Source: Neophaeotheca triangularis
Taxonomy: Eukaryota
Direction: 5' to 3'
DNA length: 64,000 nucleotides
NCBI GenBank assembly: GCA_054600435.1
Contig: BAAIJX010000053.1
Coordinates: 1-64,000 of the forward strand
The notes under the pieces were generated by a model. That model saw only the letters and a list, made by a program, of their open reading frames with translations. It searched no databases and was not told where the DNA came from. This document shows positions 49,628 to 61,539 of this stretch, piece by piece. Every line of letters starts with the position of its first letter. Position 1 is the first letter of the stretch. The translations under genes and the position numbers were made by a program.

Positions 49628-50623
49628 ATGGCCAACGTCAGCGACAGCTACGCTGGTGAGCGCGCGTCGGCTATGTAGCAGGACTATCGTCTTCTCTGAC
49701 TCTTCCCTCACCCAGACCCTATCCGCATCGCAGTCATTGGCGGCACAGGCCTCCAATCTCTCGATGGCTTCTCCCAGGTAGCATCTCTCAAGCTCAACAC
49801 CCCATGGGGAGCACCTTCGTCCCCAGTTTCCGTCCTCCACCACTCTTCGCCCACCTCTGGCAAGCCCATTCCAATTGCCTTCATCTCCCGCCATGGCCTT
49901 CACCACGAGCTAGCGCCGCACGAAATCCCGAACCGCGCCAACATCGCCGCTCTCCGCAGCTTGGGCGTGCGCACCATCATCGCTTTCAGCGCGGTCGGCA
50001 GTCTGCAGGAAGACATCAAGCCTCGCGATTTCGTCATTCCCGACCAAGTTATCGACCGCACAAAGGGTATCCGACCGTTTACGTTCTTCGAAGGCGGCAT
50101 GGTCGGGCACGTGGGTTTCGCGGACCCCTTCGATCCAGCTGTTGCCAAAGTAGTCAGCAAGTGCGGGCACAGCCTGGAGGGTGAGGGTGTGCGGTTGCAC
50201 GATGAAGGGACGGTCATTTGCATGGAAGGTCCGCAGTTCAGCACACGCGCGGAATCGAAGCTATACCGCAGCTGGGGAGGGAGTGTGATCAACATGTCTG
50301 CCCTCCCAGAGGCGAAGCTTGCAAAGGAGGCCGAGGTTGCATATCAGATGATTTGCATGTCGACGGACTATGACTGCTGGCACGACAGTGGAGACGTTAC
50401 TGTTGAAATGGTCATGGGAAACATGAAGGCCAATGCCGACAATGCGAAGAGGTTTGTTGGGGCTGTGCTGAACGAGCTGAGCAAAGAGGAGCACACCGAT
50501 CTGGTCTTGGCCAAGCATCTTGAGGGGCAGATGAAGTTTTCTGGAGGCGTTACGAACCCCAACGGCAGAAGCAAGGAAGCGAAAGAGAAGATGCACTTTC
50601 TCTTTCCGGGTTACTTTGACTAA
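49628..50623 (+). CDS. MEU1: S-methyl-5'-thioadenosine phosphorylase (MTAP); exons 49628-49655, 49718-50623
   Basis: IAVIGGTG, TPWGAPS, SRHGLHH, NIAALR, SAVGSL, EGPQFSTRAES, INMS..PEAKLA and TDYDCW. Confidence 0.95.
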
Positions 50624-51105
50624 ATACCTAGCCCAGCGCGCTTCCATACGATGATCTGGACGAATGTTGATGTCGATAGCTTTCAACAAGACAAGATGAT
50701 AGAAATAGAGCCATGATACCCAAGTCAATTTCCGTCGACTGTGCGATATCTCCGTAGGGTTCAACTTTCGCTGCATTGAACGGCGGATGCTCTCACTCAT
50801 CACGTCAATATTTGTGAAACTAGTAAATATCGATGTTCTATGGGCCTCTTGCCGGCCATACTTTTTTGGGTAGTATATCCTCGAGACATCATTGCTTAAG
50901 CCGAACTGGAGACCCCGCAAGAAGCACTACTACGGAATACAGCACCTCGCGGCTTAACAAGGGTTCCCCACAAATTCACGTTCCGAGGTGAGAGCTGGAG
51001 CTGTAACACCGAAGGTAACCGCGATATATACACCTCATCTCATCCCTCCTTCAACCTGTACGACTTCTTGCAGCATGTAGCAACTTATTAGCAGATTCCC
51101 TCACC

Positions 51106-52284
51106 ATGTTACTACCACGGCCGAGCCTTCTCCGGAAGGCGTTCCACCCAAAACAACTCTCAAGAACCTACGCATCCCACCCCGCAAGCGCCCGCCTAAA
51201 CATACCAACCGATTACTCGACAACCCCCATCCTTCACCACACATCCAAAGCCGCTCTCTCCAATCCCGAACTCCCCAACTCCGCCCGCAATGGAACGTCT
51301 TCACGCCTCAACCTCTTCTCAGCCATCAACGCCGCCTTGGCCCATGCCCTCCGTACAGACCCCCGCGTCCTGCTCTTCGGCGAAGATGTAGCCTTCGGCG
51401 GCGTCTTCCGATGCAGCATGAACCTGGCGACTGAGTTCGGCGACTCCCGTGTTTTCAATACTCCGCTCAGCGAGCAAGGCATCGCAGGTTTCGCTATCGG
51501 TGCTGCTATGGAGGGTATGCGACCCGTTGCTGAAATCCAGTTTGCCGACTACGTGTACCCGGCTTTTGATCAGTTGGTCAACGAGGCGGCGAAAGTGCGG
51601 TATAGAGCCGGTGTTAACGCTGACGGGCAGAGCTGCGGGGGCTTGGTGGTGAGGATGCCGAGCGGTGGTGTTGGTCATGGGGCGCTATACCACTCGCAAA
51701 GTCCAGAGAGTCTTTTCACGCACATCCCGGGATTGAGAGTTGTGGTGCCGAGAAGTCCTTCGCAGGCCAAGGGCCTGTTGTTGGCGGCGATTGCGTGCAA
51801 TGATCCGGTTGTCTTTTTGGAGCCGAAGATATTGTATCGTGCCGCTGTCGAACATGTTCCTGCTGAGCCGTACGAGCTGCCGTTGAGTAAAGCTGAGGTG
51901 CTGAAGGAGGGCAAGGATGTCACGATTGTCTCGTATGGCACGCCGCTGTACACGTGCTCCAACGCTATTGCAGCGGCGGAAAGAGATTTCAAGTGCTCGG
52001 TTGAGCTTATTGATCTACGGACTATCTACCCTTGGGATCGACAAGGGGTAATGGAGTCTGTCCGGAAGACCGGACGCCTTATTGTTGTTCATGAAAGTAT
52101 GGTGAACGCTGGGGTGGGAGCTGAGGTAGCTGCTACGGTCCAAGAAGGCTGCTTTCTGCGCCTGGAAGCGCCTGTTCAACGAGTGGCCGGGTGGAGTACT
52201 CATCCCGGTCTTGCTTATGAGCGACTGAACATTCCGGATGTGGTGAGGATTTACGATGCTATCAAGACGACACTGGAGTACTGA
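51106..52284 (+). CDS. BCKDHB: Branched-chain alpha-keto acid dehydrogenase E1 beta subunit, mitochondrial
   Basis: FGEDVAFGGVFRC, RVFNTPLSEQGI, AEIQFADYVYPAFDQLVNEAAK, GHGALYHSQSPE and EPKILYR. Confidence 0.95.
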   Translation: MLLPRPSLLRKAFHPKQLSRTYASHPASARLNIPTDYSTTPILHHTSKAALSNPELPNSARNGTSSRLNLFSAINAALAHALRTDPRVLLFGEDVAFGGVFRCSMNLATEFGDSRVFNTPLSEQGIAGFAIGAAMEGMRPVAEIQFADYVYPAFDQLVNEAAKVRYRAGVNADGQSCGGLVVRMPSGGVGHGALYHSQSPESLFTHIPGLRVVVPRSPSQAKGLLLAAIACNDPVVFLEPKILYRAAVEHVPAEPYELPLSKAEVLKEGKDVTIVSYGTPLYTCSNAIAAAERDFKCSVELIDLRTIYPWDRQGVMESVRKTGRLIVVHESMVNAGVGAEVAATVQEGCFLRLEAPVQRVAGWSTHPGLAYERLNIPDVVRIYDAIKTTLEY

Positions 52285-52533
52285 GCCGTAAGTGCTCAAA
52301 GCGACTGACAGGATTAAGGATGGAAAGGATCATTCCCAGCCGGTACGAAGAGCATGGATTTCACTGTTACATGATGCTAGCAAGCCTGATACCCAACACC
52401 GAAATAATGCGCCATTTTACTTTTTTTTTCAGCCTCTGATCCCATCGACATAAAACGCCCGACTCCAGCCTGAACGCTGCGATCCCACCACCTGATCCAG
52501 CCAAGGTACTCATTCTTACCCCGACCTCCAAGT

Positions 52534-54306
52534 TCACCGAGGATGCGACCCCTGCAGCTGTTCAATAGCCTTCCTGTGATGCCAGCGAACAACATAAGTG
52601 ACCATATCCTCGTACAGCCACCTGAATGGTTCCACGTCTTCCCCTTGACGCAGATAATTACTCGGGAAGAAAGCGTACCTGATGGCTTCGTACAATTCAG
52701 TGCCAGTCATCTCGTGGTTGTCGAACCGTTCGGCAACTGAAGTCAATGTCTGAAACATCGCCCATGCAATTGGGTGACACGCAACTCCAAACGAGCCTTC
52801 ATTGGAATTTGCGGCCCTCCTTGCGCCGAGCGACAACTGATCAATCCAGAAATGGTAAAGCTCTGAGGTCATGAACCCCCAGGAAACCCTCAACCGGATG
52901 TTCATCTGTGCTGGCAGTGTACAGGACACTGCGTTGCCCCAATAGTGTATCCGATAATTTGCCCCGTCGACGGCCAGAAGATTATCCGCATAGAGCTGAT
53001 ATCTCGTCGCAAACCAGTTCTTCGGCAATGCCGCCATGTCCCTGGTGTTGTAGATCCACAGCCCCGATCCGGCCATCACGTACGTCTGCACAAGCTCGAG
53101 AACCCTCGCCTGCCACACAACGGTGACGGAGTCCGCAGGCAGGAGATGGAGTAGCAGCGGCCAGTCGTCTTGGCCCCGCATAACAACGCGTACGATTCTG
53201 TCAATCCGTGCCAAGAACCCGACGTCCTCACTCTCAGAGAGGTCCCAGCCATCAGCCACTGGCTCGTCGTTCTGTCCAGGAGGCCACGCCCACAGCGGCT
53301 CCGAGTCATCTTCGTATACATCATAGTCCTCGTCATCGTCATCGTCGTCGTCGTCCTCCTCCTCCTCCCTCAGCCTCTCCGCCCTCTCGCCCGAAGTCTG
53401 CTCAAATAGCCTAAACCGACACATAGGACAAGTATTATGCTCACCCTCATCTCCAAACCACTCGACAATACAAGCGCGGCAAAAATCATGCATCCCATGC
53501 AAACGGACTACATCGCCCTCGAGCTCGTCGGCTCCCAGGCGACAGATACCGCACACGAAGTCGGGAGCGACGTCCGCGACTTCCTCGTTGAGACCGCCTG
53601 AGGTGATGAAGTCCGCGAAGTCGGGGGGCATGAGACGACCCTCGTGGACGAAAGCTGCGAAATCGGGACCCGTGTCGTCTGGGCTGCGGTTGGGGTTTAT
53701 TGTGGCAGCAACCGTGGGTTCGTGGTTTTCCTGGGAGAAGGTGGGGGTCTCGTTGCTCGTCGTGTTCGTGGCGTTCGGGCTACCGTTGCGGCTTTCTGTC
53801 GCCAGCGGCGCAGTCTCGTGCTCTTCCTGTGAGAGGGTGGCGGGCTCTTCGCCCCTGTCCGCATTACTGGGCGGGATATCGCCAGGGTCCCGCTCGGGAT
53901 CTGCGGTCGCGAGGGTAGGAGGACCGTAGTCTTCCGAAGAGACGACGGGAGCATCGTCGCTACTCGTGTCCGCGTCAGTCGGGCTGGCGGGTACGGCGGG
54001 TTCAATGGTATCGAAGGTCTCGATGGTATCGGGCGGGTCGTTTATGCGGAGGTTCTCGAAGAGCTCGTCGAATTCCGGGGTCGGTGTGGGCTCGCGTCGG
54101 TTCATGCGCGCGAATTGGTGGCGATCAAGGCTCATTGTACTCCAAGTACGCTGCTGGAATGGGGGAGCCGCCATAGCTGAGGATGGATAGGTGGATGAGT
54201 GAGCCGGGGAACGAGATTTATAGATCGACGGCTCGTGGGCATCTTCGTCCAAGGAAACCCACCTTTTGCACTCGTGCAAGTGACCCATGGTGTTGCTTGT
54301 AATCAT
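52534..54306 (-). CDS. Acidic protein (up to 590 aa) with a degenerate RING-finger-like domain
   Basis: CGIC...VVRLHGMHDFCRACIVEWF...TCPMCR; long single ORF, start codon uncertain. Confidence 0.75.
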   Translation of the reverse strand: MITSNTMGHLHECKRWVSLDEDAHEPSIYKSRSPAHSSTYPSSAMAAPPFQQRTWSTMSLDRHQFARMNRREPTPTPEFDELFENLRINDPPDTIETFDTIEPAVPASPTDADTSSDDAPVVSSEDYGPPTLATADPERDPGDIPPSNADRGEEPATLSQEEHETAPLATESRNGSPNATNTTSNETPTFSQENHEPTVAATINPNRSPDDTGPDFAAFVHEGRLMPPDFADFITSGGLNEEVADVAPDFVCGICRLGADELEGDVVRLHGMHDFCRACIVEWFGDEGEHNTCPMCRFRLFEQTSGERAERLREEEEDDDDDDDDEDYDVYEDDSEPLWAWPPGQNDEPVADGWDLSESEDVGFLARIDRIVRVVMRGQDDWPLLLHLLPADSVTVVWQARVLELVQTYVMAGSGLWIYNTRDMAALPKNWFATRYQLYADNLLAVDGANYRIHYWGNAVSCTLPAQMNIRLRVSWGFMTSELYHFWIDQLSLGARRAANSNEGSFGVACHPIAWAMFQTLTSVAERFDNHEMTGTELYEAIRYAFFPSNYLRQGEDVEPFRWLYEDMVTYVVRWHHRKAIEQLQGSHPR

Positions 54307-55157
54307 AGTCCTTGAGAATGTGGTGTTTGAGGACTTGAGGACTTCAGGACTTGAGGTTGTCTCAAGGATGATTATCAGCTTTTATGCTTAGAATTTAGAG
54401 TTCGGCTTCGTCAAATGTCCTCAACCCCTAAACCACGGAATTACGTGTTCGTCAGTACCGTCTTTTACAATGATTCTGATACGAGGACACTCGTGATAGA
54501 CCTTTGATTGTCTTGTCGCAGCGTTTAACAAATAATATCGTTTAACGATCAAGTTTCGTCGTTAATACTATTACGACTTACAATGCGCTTACACCTTAGT
54601 AACGACAATTTACGTGAACGACAGCGTGTAGGTACATACGCACTTGTGTGATAAATATCTGATTGACGGCTATCTACTCCTCGTGATACTGTCTCTTCCG
54701 CCTTGTAAGGCGTATCGCGAGGATTGAAGCCGTCTTCGGCAAGGATTTAGCTTTTTCAAAACTATCCTTTGCCTTGCTGGCATTTTGTGATTTGAGCAGA
54801 TCTTCGGCGGTAGGGAAGCTGTGATGTCGAGAGCGACGGGACTCGAGGTGCTGGGAGGGTCTGTGGTGGGTAGTGCTATCGAAAACATGTGTCTTGGGAA
54901 GTGGTGAGTAGGGGTGTGAACGGGGCTGTCGTCGTGTCTTCGGCAGTCTGTCTCTGTTGTTAGTGCTCTGCCACCTCCGGTGGCTTGCTTTTACCCAACT
55001 TGCCTCGAAAGCAAATGTTTCTACGCTCCCCCTGAAGCCCATCGCACTCCGTTTGCCGGGACCAATTTTTTCAGACCTTCTCCACCAACTGTGGAATGTG
55101 TTGCGATCGACCTAACGGCCAACGCGCAACGCAAAGTGACCTCTTACCACACCGTTA

Positions 55158-56519
55158 TCAGTGGTACGTCTCATATCCCTTCTCCCTCATAACCTCCGTG
55201 AGCTTGATGACGATCTGGATAGCGCCCGGGCGGTTTCTGAATTTTGCCGTCATGCAAGCCTGGACCGCCCTCTGTAACTCCACATCATATCCCTCACCGC
55301 AAGGGGCATCAGTGGTGGAGGCCACCTGATCCGGCCGCGAGCACTGCTTAGCCATGACTTGGACAACGCCGCCGATTTGCCAAATATCCGTCGGCAGGCC
55401 GTAGCAGATCTCAGCGCCTTGAAGTCTTGCTTGGGTCGAGCCGATGTTCTCGGGTGGAAACCAGCCGGGTGTGCCATGACTTTGAGCGAAGGCGTTTTCC
55501 TTTTCCGAATGGATGTCCCAATCGGAGACGGCGCAGCCAAAATCACCAAGCACGATGCGCGGAAGCTTGGTGCCGGTCGCGTCGGAGGTCTTGACGAAGA
55601 TGTTGGCGGGCTTGATGTCGAGGTGGCAGATTGAGTTCCAGGGCGTGCTCACTGGCACCTCGCTCTTCGCCGGGTCAACGACACCGAAATGCGTGAAGCT
55701 CAGTGCCCTAGCGAGAGACAGGAAAGTGTGATAAAGAATCGGCGCGGGTGTTTTGCGGCCCGCAACTTGATAGCCCTGGATCATTGCCTCTAGAGTCCCC
55801 TTGTCGCAATCGTTGAGAAGCAAGCTGTAGCATTGAAGCCTTTCGTCCACAAAGTAGTCGATGATGAAGTTGATGTTGGGGTGTACAGTAGCAAGCCTTA
55901 GCTGCCACAGCGCAGTGATCTCAGCTTTCGAGCGTCGTGTACCCATTGCCACACGCTTCAAGACCATCACTTGACCTGCGCTCCTGTGTCGGACTTTGAA
56001 AACGCCCCTGCTCATATTTCCAAACCCTGGAACCTTGGTGATCAATTGATATTCCGGATGGCCGGTGGTATGCTGATTGCCAAGCGGCATCGTCTTCGCG
56101 GGCGGAGGTAGCAGACGTTTCAACTCTATAGGCATCCGTCCATTGATGAACTTAGGCTTGCGGGGTTGAATCTGTGTTCGCGGGTCGACAAAGCTCATCG
56201 GTTTGTAAAGAGGTTGAAGAGTGGGCGTATGGAAGTCGTTGTTTCCGGTGATCACACGCAAGCTTCTTCTCCTCCTACGCTCAGCATGAGGACCTGGCAG
56301 TGCAGCTCGGTGACGAGAGTGGCTGTACGTCTGCACTGTGTTTTGATATGGGACCATTGCAGTCTGATGAGGGTCCATTAGAAGTGGTGGCTGCTGATTG
56401 GTGTAAGGGTACGATGGAGTGAAAGCTTGGAAGGGCACTCCATTGCCTTGTTGGTGGTAATGGTGCTGCTGCTGCTGTGGCTGCTGGCCTGCACCGGAAG
56501 GATGGTAGTAGTAAGCCAT
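55158..56519 (-). CDS. Divergent Ser/Thr protein kinase (NEK/NIMA-like fold), 453 aa
   Basis: VLKRV, EITAL, CDKGTL, HLDIKPANIF, LGDFG, GTPGWFPPE, DIWQIG and RP; Gln/His-rich N-terminus. Confidence 0.85.
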   Translation of the reverse strand: MAYYYHPSGAGQQPQQQQHHYHQQGNGVPFQAFTPSYPYTNQQPPLLMDPHQTAMVPYQNTVQTYSHSRHRAALPGPHAERRRRRSLRVITGNNDFHTPTLQPLYKPMSFVDPRTQIQPRKPKFINGRMPIELKRLLPPPAKTMPLGNQHTTGHPEYQLITKVPGFGNMSRGVFKVRHRSAGQVMVLKRVAMGTRRSKAEITALWQLRLATVHPNINFIIDYFVDERLQCYSLLLNDCDKGTLEAMIQGYQVAGRKTPAPILYHTFLSLARALSFTHFGVVDPAKSEVPVSTPWNSICHLDIKPANIFVKTSDATGTKLPRIVLGDFGCAVSDWDIHSEKENAFAQSHGTPGWFPPENIGSTQARLQGAEICYGLPTDIWQIGGVVQVMAKQCSRPDQVASTTDAPCGEGYDVELQRAVQACMTAKFRNRPGAIQIVIKLTEVMREKGYETYH

Positions 56520-57743
56520 GCCTCACTAGCGCCTTGTTTCGTAGTACCAAATGTAGATGAAGTAAAATGAAGTTCGCCTGAGCAGAGGTGTATCTCACGC
56601 ACGTCTGCGGCTGGATGACGAGGCTGAAGTCGCAGGCTCATAGAAGGCTCGCGTAGAAGGCGTAGAGAAGATCAGATTGTCCGTTGGAGTCCAAGGAGTC
56701 ACCGAGTTCGTAGTGTTAAGATGTACCGGGTTAGGGAGGAGAGGAAAGTTCTGAGCAGAATCTCCTTGAGATAGTTGGTAAGTGGTTCACGGCAGGCCAG
56801 CTGAACGGCACCCGTGTGTGAGCCAGCGGATGAATGGATGGCGCTGAGAGCTGGCGTTTCCCGCTTTGGTGAATATATGTGTCGACAAATGAAGTCCGGA
56901 AGTGGGGCAGAGAAGAGTGCCTCGTGGTCCTTAGTGCAGGGGTTGAGTAAGAAAGCCGGCTTGACGGGGAGTAAAAGCGTCACCGTAAAGTTAAAGGGTG
57001 AACTGCTGATCGGATGAATGGTGATGCTTTCAATTCTGAGACCTTGGCCGTGCTTGTTCAGGCTTCAAAGTTTGTGTCAAGCTCTTGAGAACCTCAGTAT
57101 GTAAAGTAATGACTATAACTGATGCAACAATGATGATTGGGAGATTCGTCCGCAGCGGAGAAGTAGAGGCCAGGCTCAGATAAGGTTGGAACCCTTTAAT
57201 TGAGGCCGACTTGCAAATGTTCGCGGCTCGGGTAGTTGGACGTCGAGGTTAGGTCGGTGTCCCTGGTAGAGGAAGTAACGTAGTAGGGAAGCAGTTGGTA
57301 GAAAGAGATTAGTGTTCTATTTGTCTTGCCCGGCTGAGACGAAGACCAGCAGGCACAACAGACTACTTGGAACTGTGAATTTCAGGTTCCTAGGATCGCG
57401 TGTAACGTAGAGTGCCTTTGTCCGTCGCTTCTCCAGTCGATGCTCTTCCGGACCGATGTGACAGTGTTTCTTTTGGATAGAGAACTTGAAGTATCCCAGA
57501 TGGACTTCTGGCGAAGTTTCAGTCGAGTTGATAACAATTCGAGAAGGTTTCGTATCTCGGTCGCGAAAGTAGACCAAGGACCTCAGTCGTCTGAGCGCTG
57601 ATCCCGAGTTCAGGACCGGTATGAAAGGATTGTGAGGAAGATTCGCCTAGAGTATCTCACGGTAACGAGCTTTGTCGAAGCCGAATAGGACCTGCAATTC
57701 TGCTTGAGACGAAAGCCTTATGTGGAAGCTGACCCCTTGTCGC

Positions 57744-57864
57744 ACAGAAGGCCGAGGGAAGCTCTGTTGTCGTTGGGTCAAGCAGTGTCTCGGAAGGATT
57801 ACTTCTTATCGAACAGAATGCCGAAGGAAGCTCTGTTGTCGCCGAGGCAAGCAGTATCTCGGAA
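57744..57864. repeat. Imperfect tandem duplication with a 69-nt period
   Basis: ACAGAA(G/T)GCCGA(G/A)GGAAGCTCTGTTGTCG...CAAGCAGT(G/A)TCTCGGAA occurs at 57744 and 57813. Confidence 0.85.
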
Positions 57865-59133
57865 AGTGGGTGGGAGGTGTAGAGGGAGAGGGAGAAGAAG
57901 GAGAAGAAAGGAGAAACGTGGGTTTTGTAGACCTGACTGCGGCTTTTGATCACAATGGCGAACCTGAGCTGAGTCGTGTGACGGTGCAAGATTGGTATGT
58001 GAAAGAGCAGCAATGCGACAGTCTGCCAGATACGAATGATGTTGGTTTAAGGTTGGGAGCGTTGGGAAAGCTCGTGGTGGGTGTTGCCGTAAGCGGTCTT
58101 GAAATAGATGTCGAGGCAGTTTCCGGGTTAGGTAGGTAAGGTACCTGGTAGAGAACCAATGCAGCGCGTCGATTATCAAGCGTCCTCAAATACCACGCCT
58201 GGACTTTAGGCTTGTGGATGGGCTGGCATGGTATGAGATGGTAGAGGGAGGGAGATGCAGTACAGTACACTGATGGTTCAGTGGGTGCGAATGCCCTTTA
58301 TTGACCAGTGCAAGTTAGCATGGTTGTCTACCTTATCTGCTAAGAACATGGTCGCTAGCTAGGTATGAGGTGTTGCAAAGCGCAATGCATGGTAGATACC
58401 AACAAGCAATACCCCTTTCCTTTGGAGGAGTCTGTAGTGCAGGCTGCCATGGTTAGCTGGGCAAAGCAGGGGACGCAAGTGCTTTGTGGCATTCAACCTC
58501 TCTTGCACCCTTTTTGGCGTTGCTGCTGGCTTCTCTTTCTCAGTTCAGTCAACTGGTTGGTAAGTTGGTGGGTATACAGCTTCTCTTACTCGGTATAGAG
58601 GCAGAGCTGGAGGTCTGGCTGGATTGGGGGTGGGAACCAAGGTTGAGAGAGGTTGCTTGGAAAGTGAAGCCGGACTTCACCTGGACACCCATTGACACCT
58701 CAGGTTTCCACGTTCCAAGGTTCTTTTACCTGTAGACTAGCAGAGACATGCGCACGGGCCCCACCAATAGCTTGGCACGGCTTGCGGCGAACGGGAGCGC
58801 GACTTCCTTGAGAGCTACCTAACTTGAGCAGCTGCTGCACCTTGCCTTGCCCTGCCTTGCCTTGCCTCGCCTTCAGCACGTCAAGCCTTCAAACTCACTT
58901 CTACCTACCTACAACACCTAACCTCACTACTCACTACTCACTTTGTCCGACTTTCTTGATACCCTCCCCCACCCTTTTAACGCCCTCTTCACCTATCTCC
59001 CACCCTACTTTCGCCATCGTTGCTGGCGCCTAGTTCCTGTTATCGGAGCTCCCTTCTTCATCTCCGCATCAGCACTCCTCCAAGCCAGCAAGCACTGTAC
59101 CCCCAGAAAGTCTTCCGTCACCAAGCCGAACCG

Positions 59134-61539
59134 ATGGCTGTGAGTTACGCTGCCATGGCAGGGCGCAACGACCCTCCACCGCGTCTCCCTTACTCACAGC
59201 AGATGCAGCAACCACCTTCTCAACCCCGCGCGTACTCTCAGGCTGCCGGCATGCCGAATGGCGCCTCCTTCTCTGGACCTGTCCCTGGCGCTAGGCCACT
59301 CGAACCCAACCAAGGCCGCGTTCAGCAAATCGGGCATGCGCGTGTACTTTGTATAGCAGACGTCAGAGGTATAAATATCAGGGGACAAGCTACATAACAT
59401 CTATGGCCACATACTGACAACCCATCTTTCAGGTAACCTGCGTCAGCTGAATGAACTGGCCCGGAACGCAAAGGCCGACTACGTTATCCACACTGGCGAC
59501 TTCGGCTTCTACGACAACACTTCACTGGATCGTATTGCTGAGAAGTGGGTGACACGGTGCAACCATAAAGTAAAGATCTATTGTGCTTACTGACTTGTTA
59601 CCATAGGACCCTCAAGCACGTCGCCCAGTACTCACCCCTCCTCCCCGAACCCGTCAAAGCCGACATCTCGCGCGCCGGACCTCAAGCTTCGGTCAAAGAT
59701 CGTTTTCAACGAGAACGCCTCCCTCTCTCCGAGCTTCCTCAGTTCCTCTCCGGCCAGTTCAAGCTCGAAGTTCCTGTCTTCTCAGTGTGGGGCGCTTGCG
59801 AAGATGTGGCGGTGTTGGAGAAGCTTAGGTCAGGAGAGTACAAAATCGACAACCTTCAAGTGATTGACGAGTCCCACTCGCGCTTCCTCGATGTCGGTGG
59901 TGTGAAGCTGCGCCTGCTCGGTCTTGGTGGTGCGGTAGTCATGCACAAACTTTTCGACAATGGTGAGGGCAGGACAACTATTGCGGGCGGACAAGGCACC
60001 ATGTGGACCACCCTACTCCAGATGGGCGAGCTCATAGACACGGCCAACCGCGTTTACGATCCTTCAGAGACCCGTGTGCTAGTCACTCACGCTTCACCGG
60101 CGCGTGAGGGCCTACTGAACCAGCTTTCCGTTTCCCTCAAGGCCGACTTCTCGATATCTGCGGGACTCCACTTCAGGTACGGCAGCTCGTACAACGAATT
60201 CTCCGTGAACCCCTCCCTGGATCACTATCGTGGCAAGCTCGCAGCTTCCAAGGCTTCTTTCAACGACGTGTGGGAGACTGTGAGGCAGGAGGTCGAGCCG
60301 GCTATCGCCGACAACCCTTCGCAAAGCAAGCTCTTGGAGCTAGCGCGTGGGCTTGTCAGCAAGATGCCTCACGTTGCGAACGGTGGCAACCCATTTGGTG
60401 GTGGACCGCAAAGTGGTGGGCAAGTCGATGAGAGCGCTTTCAAGAATATGTGGAACTTCAACCTGGCGGATGCTGCTTTCGGTTGGTTGGTGTTGGACAT
60501 CGATCAAGGCAGGATTGGCACGGAAATGCGTGCACAAGGCTTCAACTTCTCCCATCGCAGCAACAAGGTCCAGCAGAGGCACCAAGGCGTGCCCGCCGAG
60601 CAGCAGCAAGCCGTGACTGGTCAGGCCGGTGGCAACCTCCCGACCACAGGTTCGCAACCACCCCCAATGGCCCAGCAGCAGGCGCGCCCGCCACCTCAGG
60701 GCCCTGCGCAGCCCCAAGCACCCGTCAACCAAGCACCACCCCAACAGCGTGCTCAGCAGCCTATGGCCGCTCAGCAACTTCAACAAACCGCACAGCCGAA
60801 ACCGGTCCAGCAGCAACAGCCAACTCCAAACCAACCTGTACAGAAGCCTGCTGCACCCGGCGCGTCCCCTGCCGCTTCGCCCGGTCCCGCCTTGACTGCC
60901 AACGGAACTACTGCACCTACCGCCAACCTGCCTCAGACCAACGGTACTGCTCCTTCGACTTCCGAAACCCCCAAGCCGGCCGAAGGAAACAACCAAAGGA
61001 ACAACTTCCAAACGCAGCCGCAATCTACTGGTATATTCATCACTGGGACTACTAGTCTTCAATCTAGTGAGGAGATCAAGAACCAGCTGTTCAGCGAAGA
61101 GGATGCTGCCAAGATTGTCAAGACCGAGCGCACCCCCAAGGGACCGTTTGTGGTGCACTTCTCGAGCCCCGAGATTATGCAAGAAGTGCTGTCCCGCAAC
61201 CCGACGTCCGAGGTCAAGGAGAAGTTCAGTGGCGTGCGCATGAACCCTTTCAGGACGCCTCGCGGGTATGGCGGTGCTGGCAACTGGGGTTCTAGCAGAG
61301 GTGGCATGAACATGCGCGGTGGAGGCGAAGGAGGTAGGGGTGGCTATCAATCCGCTAGCGGCGCCACTACGGGCTCCGACAGCGAGGGTGGTCGCGGTGG
61401 CCGCGGCGGCCGTGGGCGTGGCGGATTCCGTGGTGAACGCGGTGGTCGTGGTCGCGGGGGCGGACGTGGCGGACAAAACAAGGCCGAAGGCACTCCGAGT
61501 GGTACTCCCGCTCCTGCGACTGGCGCTGGCGAAGCCTAG
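59134..61539 (+). CDS. Conserved fungal metallophosphoesterase-fold / DUF2433 protein with Q/P-rich linker, RRM-like segment and RGG tail; exons 59134-59368, 59433-59544, 59607-61539
   Basis: RVLCIADVRGN, IHTGDFGFYD, VWGACED, THASPARE, GLHFRYGSSYNEF and RGGRGG repeats; introns in phase. Confidence 0.85.

Noticed and set aside
60340..61476. 378-aa antisense ORF
   Set aside because: Shadow of the GC-biased DUF2433 coding strand.
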